From Marsupella aquatica (taxonomy: Eukaryota > Plantae > Marchantiophyta): 64,000 nt of DNA. The position numbers and the translations under genes are program-made. This document shows, piece after piece, positions 49,401 to 61,400 of this stretch. Position 1 is the first letter of the stretch. Each line of letters begins with the position of its first letter. The notes beneath the pieces are model-generated. The model made no database searches and had not been told where the DNA came from. It was given only the letters and a program-made list of their open reading frames with translations. Where the stretch lies: contig OZ316891.1 in assembly GCA_973895155.1 (NCBI GenBank), positions 15,717,037 to 15,781,036 of the forward strand, written 5' to 3'.

Positions 49401-49962
49401 AACTTTGGCATGAACCTAGCCCACGGCAGCAATACTACATGAGAGATGTGAACCCCATGAAGAAATATCGAGAACAAGAATACTTATCTAGCACTATCTC
49501 AGTACAACTTAGACAACTTATTGCTCAGTATAGACTAAGCTCACACCACCTTGAAGTAGAACAAGGGAGATGGAAGGATATTGACAGGAAAAAGAGGGTT
49601 TGTCAACTATGTGATAGCTCTAGTATAGAGAATGAATATCATGTATTCATTGCTTGCAAGTTTTATGAGGGGGTTAGGATGGCATCTCAAATCTTGGTGA
49701 AATATTTGTATGCATTGTTTGGTCTGCCCCCTCAGCAACTTGGAAGATATATCTTTGCTGTGGATAGGGAAAGGAGAATAGGTTTGGAAAATCTTTCAGG
49801 GCTCTCTAGGTCCATAGTTTCTTTGAGGACATAGTTGTCCTCTTCTGAGCAATCTCTTTTGGTTGCTCTTTTCTTTGATTGCATTGTACTTTACTTTTTG
49901 TGGCAGCTCCTTTGACTTTCATGGTCCCGGAGCTTATAATACATTACCATTACCATTACCAT
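46454..49962 (+). mobile_element. LINE (RTEX/L2-like, copy 3): ORF1 tail, complete ORF2, 3' UTR and (CATTAC)n tail
   Basis: ORF1 end KGLRIWLDDDLTPTQVQARK...VVSK* (46454-~46618); tail acattaccattaccattacc at 49941-49960. Confidence 0.95.
46631..49834 (+). CDS. LINE ORF2: AP endonuclease, reverse transcriptase and C-terminal Cys/His motif (1067 aa, uninterrupted)
   Basis: AWNVSGL, FTETW, VGDFNAR, TIDY, SSH; QAGFR, FVDFSKAFD, QGCPLSPTLF, FADD, YKYLG; RLSSHHLEVEQGRW...CQLC...ENEYHVFIAC. Confidence 0.95.
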   Translation: MRVMAWNVSGLSIETAIGGEPLFENFDILLFTETWEYEGNALPSIKGFTCIQSIFNEKKTTRGRGFGGIAVYTKNQLQHITSIEHEDPSKQFMVVRLHTRGTPSFLIVTYFAPLNMNVYKMGIADVHYPFHRLIQVIHDISPLGETWIVGDFNARVSNEQFTESEDLGTLPWSSCSEEIPWVREALDTRTNDMTRHFLHLGASCNLRILNGLERFPQSSGYTFRSKQGCSTIDYLLASPTFATRVVDFQILDQQPESSHLPLLFHLDLTTIPNKVHRKPVPKPLFLDPDREVIFKANFEHLLHTLDDQIELSEVIAQAAASTFSTKPPRKQNMKAWFDEDCARARMQARSHSGEKRLLAFTMYKNFIKHKKRCFLKSHQQSLCEEFIKHPKRFWERMQSGKTTPPLDHQDLVTYVTSLYFFPDASGMPLPLGDTIQFTEREVKVHLSHMQHGKAKDLLGLNLELLLWGGPSLLTNLVHELNQAMALGLPKAWMTRRVVPIFKAGNKDDVHNYRTIMVGNIFAKVLGGLLEARLSSWLESEMKRAPSQAGFRREFSTMDHILCLRVLCEKAKSPHKPLFCLFVDFSKAFDKVSRSKLWDRMVELEVPEELRLAVSKLYQEVRIKLSKETSEEIWSTLGVIQGCPLSPTLFGIFIDQLHNILEEHGGVGTQLGRFVLQLLIFADDVVLLAHAQEALQRHLNALEEFCQATGMVVNLKKTKCLGIGTRQNPELYFQGNLVEFVRTYKYLGVEFSQNLSWASCVKSRAANGYRAFYAFMNKCKRAGLHTWRLRKHLFGALVKPVILYGAPIWGAGVSKSGWQQIEGLQKLFLEMELGIKSQTPYTLTLAEAGLFPLEVEALFHTLKYIMRVRELEENRFPFHALRSSSAKGWYADVCRWAHAWDFPEHEWPTHPTKLRAKLEQKALHKLWHEPSPRQQYYMRDVNPMKKYREQEYLSSTISVQLRQLIAQYRLSSHHLEVEQGRWKDIDRKKRVCQLCDSSSIENEYHVFIACKFYEGVRMASQILVKYLYALFGLPPQQLGRYIFAVDRERRIGLENLSGLSRSIVSLRT

Positions 49963-50212
49963 AAGAATTAAACAGAATCACAATCTTGCTAAAAAATGAA
50001 GATCATTTGAATTCCAATGGAATAGTTTACAATGTGATCAATGTAATTCAGACAAAATAGGAACTCATAACTGATGACTACAGGATGAGATAACTGAAAG
50101 CACATGCATGATACTATGAATCTCCAAGAGGACATGATTCTTGTACTGCTTCTTGAGATCTAAAATGTACATAACATGACTCACACTACAAACAAATAAT
50201 GGCATGACATTG

Positions 50213-51360
50213 TTATGGATCCTCTATGAACTTGCTTGGCCATAATACCAAAGAACCTGCAGCATCTCCAAGTGTCTTCTGAGGAGGATCATCATTTGTG
50301 TTTGGAATGGGAATGACAGCTTTAGGTTTCACTAGTAATGTGACTAACACTACTGAATAACCTAGGGGAATCCTCTTGCCATGGAACGTTGTAGAACCAA
50401 CCTGCACTCTGCCAAATCCTACTCGTGTTCCACTCTCATCAACAGCTAACAAGCCATTTTGTCCCTCAGCATTAGGTGCTTTCCCCACTTCCACCTTAGA
50501 TCTTTCTGCCAGCACCATTCTTGGAGGTTTGTATGAAACCTTTGACGTGACTCTGCTCCCACCAGCAGACTTGCTTCGTGTGCGCATGCTTCCTCTCTTC
50601 ACAGTAGTGAAGCTAGGCTCAGTAGGTTCCTCTGTTAGGACTGTCACAGTAGCAGGTTCCTCACCTGGGAGTGTCATACCAACTAACTCTTTGGTTGGAT
50701 TTATCTCAACAAGAGGCACACCTGTCATTGAGAATGATACATTTTGCAAATTATTTATCTCTGCAATGGAGTCAAGATCTACATAGCATGAATTTGGCTC
50801 AATGGTATCATTGTCATGGTTGCTGACATCCTCATTTGCCCCAACATTGATATCATCCACTCCCTTGCCAATGTCATCCTCATCCAAACATGGTTGACTG
50901 CCCTCTGTCAAACAAGTTGCATGTACAGACTGCAACTTTGTTGCCTCTAAATTACAGCGAGTCTTTGCCAGGTTCTCATACTTCTTCTCTGCAGCACCTG
51001 TCTTATTCTCTATGGACACAACAACCACAATATATGTTACTGAAAATTACACATTCAACAAACAATGTCAATTCAAACTATTCGTTTAATAATCATATCC
51101 CACACAGTTGTAAAGGCCTTACCTTCAAGCCTAGATGTCGTTGGCATGCCAGAAGAGTGCATCGACTTTGCCACCTCAAGTGGTGATGGTGGAACTCCTA
51201 CAGAATTGGAATCAATTTTATCTCTCACCAACACAACAGCTTCCATTAATGTCTTGAAGTTCACATGGAACAAGTCAATCAATGAATTCAAACGTTCATT
51301 GATCTCTGGAAGACATGTTTCGACAACCTTCAAACGACCACTTATATTTGTAAGTGAAGA
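50213..51360 (-). CDS. CACTA TnpA/Tnp1-like protein, 3' exons
   Basis: C-terminal VGFGRV...FHGKRIPLGYSVVLV...LGDAAGSLVLWP resembles the En/Spm Tnp1-like domain; lies inside the CACTA TIRs. Confidence 0.65.
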
Positions 51361-51426
51361 TCCACCTCCCTACATGACACAGGGGTATAGGTTCAATCAC
51401 TCCATATGAAATGTCGGGCAATATAT

Positions 51427-54400
51427 TGTGGTGCGTCCCATGGCTCCCTAAACCCAAGAAACCCCCCCAGCTCAAGCCGATTCCCGCAGGTTTCGCGCTT
51501 GGCGTGGCCGTTTCCGCGGCTTAGCGGCATGGGATGCTGCTAACTTCCTTCTACTACTACTATTAACATTTTACACACATATACTGGACAGATCCTTCAT
51601 CGGGTCATGAGATACGTAGCCGGCTTAATCTAGGCCTTCCCTTGTCTTCCCCTCCATCTTGTTAGGTATGTTTGGATTCCGCCGCCGGAATGATCCCCAA
51701 TAGGCTTGGTTAAGCCGCTAAGACCTCTCTCAGCTTGACACATCCAACTCTCTCACTCCCTTGCTTACTTTCCTTCCTTCTGGTTGATGTGGGCACTCTT
51801 CACACAAGTTAATGCGACACACAAATAGCAAAATGACTCCTTCTGACTAAGTCATACCATGCACTTGCCATACAAACAGTACATCTCATACACAAGCTCT
51901 ACGAACTAAGCCGTGAGGCCAACTCTATTCAGCTCTTAGGCATGAGGAAACATGAATATACACAAGGTCACGGTATGACTAACCGAGAGCTTCTCTTACT
52001 ACTTGATCCCAGCCCGGCTGGTGCAAACTAAAAACTTGCTAAAGAAGAGGCCCTGAGTTCCCCGCTGCCCAGGTATTTATCCTGGCAGTGGATCTGTCCA
52101 GAACTTCGCTGCGTAAGCTTAATCTATCCTACCTGTAATCTACCTACCTATAATCTACTTGCCCGGATCTACCTATGTACAGCAAGGCAAGAGCACATGT
52201 GTTGCTCCTACCAGTGGAACCGCAATCCCACTAAGCTAAGTGTCAGGGCCGCTCCTGGTCCTGATCCTAATCCTAAACTTGGAGATCAGCGCCCGCCATG
52301 CCCACTCACGCCTCCTACCTCCACGTCCGCCCTTCCTAAAAGGAACGGCGCCCTTGCACCGTCACGACACCGGTGGTGGATCCTCAATGGACGCCCCCAC
52401 CCCAACGCTTCCTCCTCAGCCACTGTCGTAGGTTCGTTCTCTGACAGATTACCTGCCCTTGACTGAGTCAACTCTCCATCGGCCTGACTGGGTCTACCAT
52501 CGGCATCGGCGTCGGCTCGGGAATCATTCTCGGCTATGGCCTCAGCCTCGGCTATGGTCTCCCCCCGGCCTGCTCAAGAGGCGGATCTGGGATACCGGCC
52601 TCATTACTGAGTAGTTCGGCTTGGGCCACGCCATCCCCACCTTTGGTGATAGCGGAATCTATTGCCGTGTTCATGCCGGAGGTTGGTGCTGGGTCTACCT
52701 CCTTGGTCACCACGGCCAGTGGAGTTGTATTACTCCTTGACCCTGAAGGTTTCCGCTTCTTCTTCTTCACTATCTCCACAGCCTGTTCCTTCCCTTTGCC
52801 GCCAACGTCCGGCACCGGGCCGTGTGTCACGGCTGGTCCTTCGGTAATTACCACCCCTGGTAACTGGTTTGCCCCAACGGGAGATGGACCTGATGCAGCT
52901 AAGCATTTAAATACTGCGGCTTGTTTCTTCAGCCGTTCTGTTTGGTTGTCAGCCCGCCGCTGTAGGTTCTCCATTTTCCTCGTGATTTCCTCCAACTCCT
53001 CCTGGGTCTCATCCAGGTCCTTACGGCTCCTCCAGCTCGTTTTTGGCTTCCTCCAATTCCCTGTGGGCTTCCTCCAATTCCTTCTTGGTGGTAGCCCTCT
53101 CCTCCCGGGTTGCTCTCAACTCCTTGTCAAGCTCCGCTACGACCTCAGACTCCATGTTATTCATCTTGGCATAAGTCTGGTCGAGCTGGGCGTCCTTCTC
53201 CCGCAGGTCGGCCTTGAAGCTGGCCGTCAGGGACGCAAGCTCCTGCTGTAGCGCAATAATCCCTTGATAGGATTTCCCTAACTCGGCCTCCTTCTGCTCA
53301 AGGACTCCGCGGATTTTCTTGAGCTCCCCCTTCAACGCCCATTCCTTTCTTTGAGTCTCCGCCGTGACCCGGTTGTTGACTGCTATATGGGCCTCCTCTG
53401 CGTTTCTCAGTTCCTTCTTCCATTTCTCCCTGTCCTTGATTGCGTCGGCCAATTCTCCCTGGGTCTGAGTCAGTTTATCCTTGATAATCTGATTATCTGC
53501 CTGCGTTGTGTCCAACTGCCCCTGCATGATGTTCAGCTCATGCCGCTTAATCCGCAGTTCATCTTGGGCTTTCTTGGCCGCCTTCAGGTCCTTGATTTCG
53601 GCTTCCCTTTCCCTAAGCCAACGGATGACCTCGTCCTTCTTTCTTCTTTCCAAGGCCACCGCTTCTTCTAATTGGTTCTTCTCCAACTGCTCCCTATGGA
53701 AAAAGGGTCCTACCTCCAACTCCTCCCCAAAGATGCCGAGCGCCAGTTCTCCACACATCTCCCCGTACTCCATGGCTCTGTCCTTAGCATAGGTGGAGGA
53801 AGTAGAAGTCATCAGCATCATCCACCGCGGCCTCTGCTCCCAAGCCGTCTTGCGGATCTCTTCAATCGTGGCTAGAGGTTTGCTTCCTTTTTTGGCTAGC
53901 CGCTTGATGTCCTCCGGCCAATCTCCTCCTGGCAAATCCTTTTCTCTAGCCAGGGCTGCCTCCTCTGCCTGCCTGATTCGCTCCTGAAATTCCTGCGCCG
54001 TCTGTTTTATGCCGTCAAAGCTCGGGGGAGCAACATCTGGTGGGGGAGACTCAGGGCTACTCTACTGGTTGGGGTCCCCTCGTACTACCCTTGGAAGTGT
54101 GGGGATAAACCGGCCACAGGCCCTTACTCCTGGAACATGATGGTCCGACCCATAGCCGGAGTTATCATGGCTGCAGTCCTCCACTGCCTCCACTACTTCT
54201 TGGACTTCCGGCTTCTCCCTCTCTTCATCCGTAGGAGCTTCAGGCAATTCTGCCTCAGATTCAGAGCTTGAGACTCCCACGTACATTCGAACACCCGGCT
54301 TGGATTCTGGCTTGATTCTCTCCTTGTCTCCAGTAAAGGGGTTTTCCTTTGTAAGCCGGTGTAGGCCTACCTCTGGAGTAGTGTCCTGCATTGTTGTCGT

Positions 54401-56138
54401 TGCCGTTGTCATTGCCGATGCCAATCTCTTCTCTTTCTCCAGTAGTTTCAGCAGTTTCTGCATGCCTGGTTGCTGCATCGGCAAGTCTTCCTTCCTTGGC
54501 CTAAACACCTGCTCGATCGTCGGGCTAACAGGTGGTTGAGGCTTCTCTGCTACCGGCCTCAGTGCTGGGGCTTCCTCGGGTGCCCTTACCTGCAGGGGAA
54601 GTACTGGGGCAAAGGTCTGACCTCTGGCATACCGGCACAACAGCGGCATGTGATAGCCAAGCCGCGACACGCTCCCCATGCCGATTACCTGCTGCTCCTC
54701 CTTTAAGATCTTCTTCAATTGGTTGAGGAGGTACCCATTGTAGTCCCGGCTTGGGTCTGGCCTCTCTGCCAGATAGACCTGTGCCTTGCTGATCTCTGCC
54801 CTCGGCAAGTTACAATGCATGGTCACCCGCAAGAAGTCGATCATCTCTCCTATGTGTGGGTTGGTGCAGGTGTTCCGGAAGAAGCCATTCTTCGTTGATG
54901 GCCCGGGGAACGACCGGAACTCCTTGTCAGGCAAGGTCTTCCTAGTATCAACTTTGGTCTTATTGCCTATCGGCAAGCCAAACACTTCGGCAATCACCTT
55001 GGGAGTAAGATAGAAATCCTTCCCATATATCCTCGTGCAATTGGTCTCGGGTTCCCATGACCCCACGAATTCTAATAGGTCTGAATCCGGCACCTCCGGC
55101 TTCAGCCATGGTAATCTTACAAAGGCCTCTAAGCTGGATCCGGCCATGAAGCCTTGGTACTTCTTGGTCTGCATGGCCGTAAAGCATGCATCCTCCTCCC
55201 GTGCAAAATGTAGTTGCACCTCCACCGGTAGGGTTGCCGCCCAGCCTTTCCAGGTGTCATCCCTGGTTGGAATGGCATTGATGGGATCGACCTCCTCCTC
55301 TTCGGCTTCTCCCTGCCTCCTGCTCTGCTGCTCGGCTGGCTTCCTTGGTGCCGCCGACCTTGTTCTTTTTGCCGGGGTGGCTTCATTGTTGACGGCTCCC
55401 TTCCTCTTCATCTCTGCTGCCGTGGAGGTTTCTCCTAGAACCATTGCCGGGGTCCACCCTTCCGTGCTACCCTTCAATTCCCAGTGTATCGTTGAAGTTC
55501 TTGATGGCCTCTCGAATGCCGATGATTCTGTCTTCACAAAATAGAAGATCGTCGAGCTGATTGGAAGTAGGAGTCCACAAGAACTCGGCGTTGATGAGTT
55601 TGCCTCCTAAGAAAGCCGTCTTCTGCAGCTCCCACAATCGAGCGAGCTCCTGCCGTTCTCGAGCGGCCCTTTCTGATTCCTCGTCCTCGTAAGTCTTGAT
55701 GTACTCAGTTGCCCGTTCGAACAGGCATCCCAGAAATGTGCCGCTTGATTGACGTTGCTCATACCCTCCTTAGGTTGATCGTCGGTATCTACTCTCTCCC
55801 CGAGTGCTTGCCTAAGCAACTGACAGTAGTTGGCCTCCCGTAGTCGTCTGCCTAGTTCGTGCTCGCAAATGAGCCACCATCTCCTGCAAGCGCTCCTTAC
55901 CCCTCTCCTCCTCCGGTCCTTCCTCCCGTTGATCCTTCCTAGCCGCCGATGCTTAACGCGCCCTAACCCTAATCAAGTTTTCACCCCCAGCGTCCTTACC
56001 TCCGGCCTCCGCCCGGGTTCCATGGTCGCCCCTAATTGTTTATATTTTCCTTGTTTTGTCCCTATACTAAGGTGTTTCTAGGGTGCATTCCTGCTTTACC
56101 CACTTAACTGGCCGAGTGATTCCTGGCTAGGCATCACA
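51427..56138 (-). mobile_element. Element Y: 4.7-kb TG...CA element with 5-bp TSD and no pol (giant solo LTR-like)
   Basis: Ends TGTGGTGC / GCATCACA (imperfect inverted), TSD TATAT (51422-51426 / 56139-56143), inserted in the CACTA gene. Confidence 0.85.
52552..55537 (-). CDS. Element Y gene: plant-transposon-like N-terminal domain plus long coiled coil (three ORF pieces; probable intron near 54126-54057 and frameshift near 53025)
   Basis: ORFs 54062-55537 (RLPW...LLEFVGSW...IAEVFGLP), 53021-53935 (E/K-rich heptads) and 52552-52995. Confidence 0.6.
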
Positions 56139-56149
56139 TATATGCACAA

Positions 56150-58421
56150 TCAATGTTATATACAGTGTACACCTGAAATTCAATGCAGGTCATTCAATTA
56201 CCAATCAGAACTCATATAACTTACATGCTTGGAGGATTCAGATGCACCCTCTTGAGCCCGGGTGTTCACAATTTCAGCCCTCAACTCTTCTTTTGAAGGG
56301 CTTTGCCCCAATTGGGCTTTCTGCACATGCATGGCAAACACAAGTTATCATTATTATTCAGGGAACGTACACTAAAAAACAAAGTGAACAGTACATAGTG
56401 TAGCATAAATTACATAGCTAGGCCATTGATTCTTACCAAACGTTTTGTTGTCGGTGCAGTGCCGGTCCTTCTTGTCAGATTAGGGTTCTGAACACTCAAC
56501 CTGGCCTCGGTCATCTGTGAACTCTTCTTTTTCGAAGCATCTGTTACAAAATAAGCTACTAACCTTGCCCACACTTTATCATCACAACTGGCTGGTGGAG
56601 GCATATCTGGCTTCTCCCCACCTTCATTCCAAGCCTTATGCATTCTCCACCTCTCTTGCTTGATGATTTTACCTGCTGTACTCTCTAGGCAACCTATGTC
56701 CACGCCATCATCACTGTCCACATAATTCCATTTGCTAGCAACATTTTCACATACAGTCTTCCAATCTTTTGGATGTTGTTTTTTAAAATTAATAACACTC
56801 ACATCTAACCAACGCAATACTTCAACTTTCAAATCAGCATGCCATCGGTTCTTGTGAGGACACTCAGCATCCACCCATTGTCTCTCATTCAACTTTACGT
56901 TCCCTTTCTTTGTCACCTCCCCTCGTGCACTGCTCTCGATAGTACTCGGCATTGTATTGGCCACCCCTTGATTCACCTTACCTGGGGTTCTGAAGCCACC
57001 TGGGAAAATACAATGCCATTCATGCTTGAGAACTACATGGTAATGGTAATGGTAACATACAGCAGAATGGATGACAGCAACATTCAATGCTTCACTTCAA
57101 GAAAAATTCTTCAAACATACATACCTGTAGCTCTGCCTGTAGATGCCTGTGCAGGGACTGCACTCTGGAATTGTTGCGACCCTGGACCACCTGTCCAGCC
57201 TAGTACAGGGGCCGAATGATGTCACTTTCTAGGTATATGTGTGCAAACAGATGTACTGAAAACTAAATACAAACTGTAGAAAAACAACTGAACATTCATC
57301 GACATATCTGGCCCCCTTCCGTGCTGCATCTGCATAGGGGCATTAGTGAATACTTGAGTCGATGGTTCGACTGTCCAACCTGCACACGTACATTTTCTAT
57401 CATTATACATGTGCAGAATCCCCCCCACGTGAATGGACTCCAGATATAATGAGTTCTTCCATTGCTGACAAGATCAGACATTACCTGCCCCTCTTCCAGC
57501 GTTTGTAGGTACTGTATTTTGATATCCCTGCCAATTACCTTCACCACCCTCCCAACCTTGTTCATTCCACGACCCACCACCATCCTCCCAACCTGGTTCA
57601 ACCCATGTCTGTCCTTGTGGACATTGGAATTGATCATTACCAACATTTGCCCAATCAGGTTGGGCAGAATCTGCATGCAATGGTAGGTGGACAGAATTTC
57701 ATGTTGTCTGAATCCAATACATCCCAAACAATGTCAAAAATTGATATGTAGTTTGAAATTCAGGAGTGCCATGCCTTCACAAAGAACTGGCATATAGATA
57801 TATACTCACATCCCCATGGTTGAGGTGGACGTCCATACCCACGAGACTGTGGGTTTGGACCTGCTCTGCCTCTACCACAGGCATAACCTAGAGCTTGCCC
57901 CCTGCCATAGTATTGGGCACCAGCCTGGGATCTACCACTACTACCACCTCGCCAACCTTGATCAGAGGTCAGCCCCTCCTGCTGGTATGGTGCATGCACA
58001 GGCTTTGAAGGCAAAACAGAATTGGCAGGATGCTGCATCACATCACCAACTACAATGTCAGGAACTAAGCAAGGTTGTGTAGTACTGAACATATGAAACC
58101 TCTAAACAAGAGTTTTTAACTCAAAACCTTGTTGGGAAAACTACTTACTTGTTTCTTTTGGGGCTGCTCTGCAATGTATTCATCTTCATAACCCCCATCC
58201 TCATCCATTTCCTCTAGAAAATACTCATCATCTGCATCTTCTTGTCTAGTGTCTGCACCCACCTGTGCAGCATCCATGTCATCTCCACATTCTGCCATTG
58301 TAGGTATGACCTTCTTGCTCAACCTGTCACTCCGACGCACAGGCCCAGAGATAGTGCTGGTCACCCTTCTTGCGTACTCCTTTTGTTTCTTTGAAAATCC
58401 TGTGGCTTTGCGACATTCCAA
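56150..58421 (-). CDS. CACTA TnpA/Ptta-like protein, 5' exons (exon structure approximate)
   Basis: ORF 56410-57087 (KQERWRMHKAW...PPPASCDDKVWARLVAYF...KKKSSQMTEAR) plus acidic and G/R-rich upstream ORFs ending near GT donors. Confidence 0.6.
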
Positions 58422-61400
58422 TATGAGAATACAGTCACAATTTCAGTGCCACATTGAACTATTCATGTCACACAAACTCAGCTTTAAGTTGGACATTTAA
58501 GTTGGACTTATATTGAACATGAAGCATGCATTGGTTGTCATATATGAAGGGGGCCGGGGAAACATGAAGGTTTCTGGGGCATGGCAATAAGTAAACCCAA
58601 CCTACATATGTGAGGTTGAAATTGGGTGATAATTAAGCACGCCTTTGGCACGACCAGAAGACGTCGATAGAAAAATTAGAGATTGACTACAAAAAGCATT
58701 AAGTTAGGTTAGCAAGCTTTGACAAATCCTTTTTGCAGTTGAATGGGGCTGGGGCGCGCTTCATGGTGTCTAGATGGGGGCACGAATAATGATGGAATAC
58801 TCAGTAATGGCATGGTTTAAAATGGTATGACCAAACTAGAATTAAATCTATGTGGAATGACATATGGTGTATCCAAAATCATATGTATTGGGTTAGATCC
58901 CATACTTTAAGGTTGAAGGGCTCAAATGTTGTGCTCTCATAAGTTGTACTCTAATGTAGAGTCGCTTGTATGACTTCAACCTAATTGTCTTAACTGAGTT
59001 ATAGTTACAACTTCCCTAAAAGTTGTAAACATGACTCCTCAAAACTTCACCAAAACTCAGTCAAGAAGGTGTGACTAACATGACACCAACAACCTTGGAG
59101 TCACTGTTTCATGAAGGTCTCGGACAAGTCACGTTCTTTGTGGTCTCAGAAAGGGTGGGTTTCTTCTAGTGTTTGCCGCGTCTCTCTCCTCTGTAGTCTC
59201 CTGGCATGCCTCCTCCAGTTGCTGGATGTCGCTTGTCAGCTTATCCACCAATTGGGCCTGCTTCATGGCTTTTCCTTGAAGCCGCGCCACCTTTGTCTTC
59301 AGGGTGTCAATCTCGGCTGTGTCTCGTTGAGACTGAGAGTCAGCTTCCTTCAGATCCTTTTGCCAAATGACGTCTTGTCCCTTCAAACTGTCAATCTTGG
59401 TCCAAAGCCGTGCAATCTTGGCGTCCTTTCCGAGCCCGGCCTACTCTGCTAAGGCTGCCCGGGCCCTGGCCTCGGCAACCTAATCCTCCGTGGCTGTTAC
59501 CTGAGGCCGTAGTTGTTGGAGTTCAGTCTCTAGGGCCACCTCTTTGTCCTTTAGGTAGACAGACTCAACCCAATACCGCTCTATTCTCTGCGCCGTCTTA
59601 GCTTGCGCATGTCCTGCCTTTACAGCCTCAACCAACTCCTGGTTGAAGAAGTAGGCCACCTTCCATGCCATGTATTCCCCGGTATCCCGTGCAATTTGTT
59701 GAGAGAAATCTCCCAACAACCCGTTCAGAAATGTGCCCGGCGCAAAGAGTTCCGGATGGTCCAGACTATGTCCATTTGGATTCAGGCACATGCAAACCCC
59801 AGCCCACGAGGGAGTAGGAGTGGAAACATCCAGCCCTTGAGGTAAGACGGTCGAAGGAGCTGGTTCCACTGGGCGGTTCTCCTACACAGCCGTGGAGGGT
59901 GGTGGGATCTCCTCGGCTACCGTAGTATCGGGTTTGGGTCTCGCCTCAGCCGGCCTGGCTTTGATTGCGCTGACCCGGTTGATCGCATCCAAGGTCGTGA
60001 TAACTGCACTGTGTCTACGGGTACGCTTGGCAGGGCAATAGCGATTGGTTGCGAGGCCGGGGAAGCAGGTCCTGTGGCTGCCAGGCTTCGGGCTGTGGTT
60101 GCCTCTCCTGAGCCGGGAATACCCACTTTGACGGGGTCAATTCCATCTCATTGCTACAGGGAAGGCTTCGACGGTCAAAATGGGCGTACCACTCGATGAT
60201 GATCTTGATGTGGCTCGCGAAGTACGCCTTTCCGCCAAGTTATAAGGTCTTCCTTCTCCGCTCCATCTCCTCATGGAACTTCTTGACAAAGAAGCATGCC
60301 CACCTCCTAGGCCAAAAGTTCTCTACTCGTATGACCTGGGCGACAAATATTTTGCCCCGTGGTTCCATGATGTGGAGGGCATACCACTGGAACTTCAGGC
60401 GTTCTACTACCTCCGGGATGAGGCACATCCTCATCAAGAATCCGTTGTCCACTTCTCCCTCGGTCGGGAAGCTAGAGGACTAGTATTTAGCTCCCTTGCC
60501 CCCAGGAGCCCGCGACTCTACCCAATTTATCCCCTCGGGTAGGCCAAAAATCATCTTCAAACGTGCCTCATTGAGACACATCACTCTCCTGTGTGCTCAG
60601 GTTTGTTGAGGGCCTCGTCAAAGTTCTGAATGAACTCCGTCATATCCTGCCCATAGTACCTGCTTCCATTCCAAGGGAGAGAGGCGAGGTGCTCAAACCC
60701 TTGGGTCTTCAAGTAGCATGCATGCTTGGGGTGGAGGATGTTCTTGTGAACATTCTCCCCCATGCGATGCATGGTCAGCTTGGCCACCGCAACCATGGCC
60801 AACGGCAACCCGGATACGGCTGCGGGTTCTTTTCCTCTTCCTTCCCCGGGACTGATTCCAGGGGTGACTTGAAGAGGGGAATAATTCTCCATCCTCCCTA
60901 TTGGGCGGCGGTTGCGCTACCGCTGTGAGTATCGGTGCGAGGGCCGCTATAGTCACTGTGTTGTCCCCTTAGGCTTGTGGGAGTGGCGCCGGGTTGACTG
61001 GCGCATGCTGATTTGTACCCCAAGGCCATCGGTTCAGGGGAGGATGGGCCTCCTTGTCTTCAAAACTAATGTTCACCGCATTCACCGTGGATCGTACTCG
61101 GAGAGGTGGTGCAATTGGTGGTGGAGATTGGCTTGGCTGAGGCCAAGACGGTGTTGGCGCGGACTCGGATGGGTGGGCGCCAGTTGCAGCTGGGGGAGGC
61201 GCGATTAGATTCAGGAAGTCCCTGGGGAAGTTGAGTGACGTTAAGATAGGAGTCTCGCTTGTTCGGGCAGGGCTGAACTGACTATCTATGGAGGCTTGAA
61301 CTTGGGCGGGGATATGGTCGTAGTGGTGCGACTGCAAGTCTATCGTGCCCGGGAGATGGTAATCCTTGTCTGGAAGCCAAAGAAGCGCTTCTCGGAACCC

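Larger units (their letters stand above)
46132..59171 (-). mobile_element. CACTA (En/Spm) DNA transposon, apparently non-autonomous, with nested insertions
   Basis: TIRs CACTAGAAGAA (46132) and TTCTTCTAGTG (59161-59171), 3-bp TSD TTT, GTGAC/GTCAC subterminal repeats. Confidence 0.92.

Noticed and set aside
44423-50215. Giant target-site duplication around 45283-46131
   Set aside because: Better explained as two separate CACTA left ends; the 46132 copy has its own TTT TSD paired with 59172-59174.
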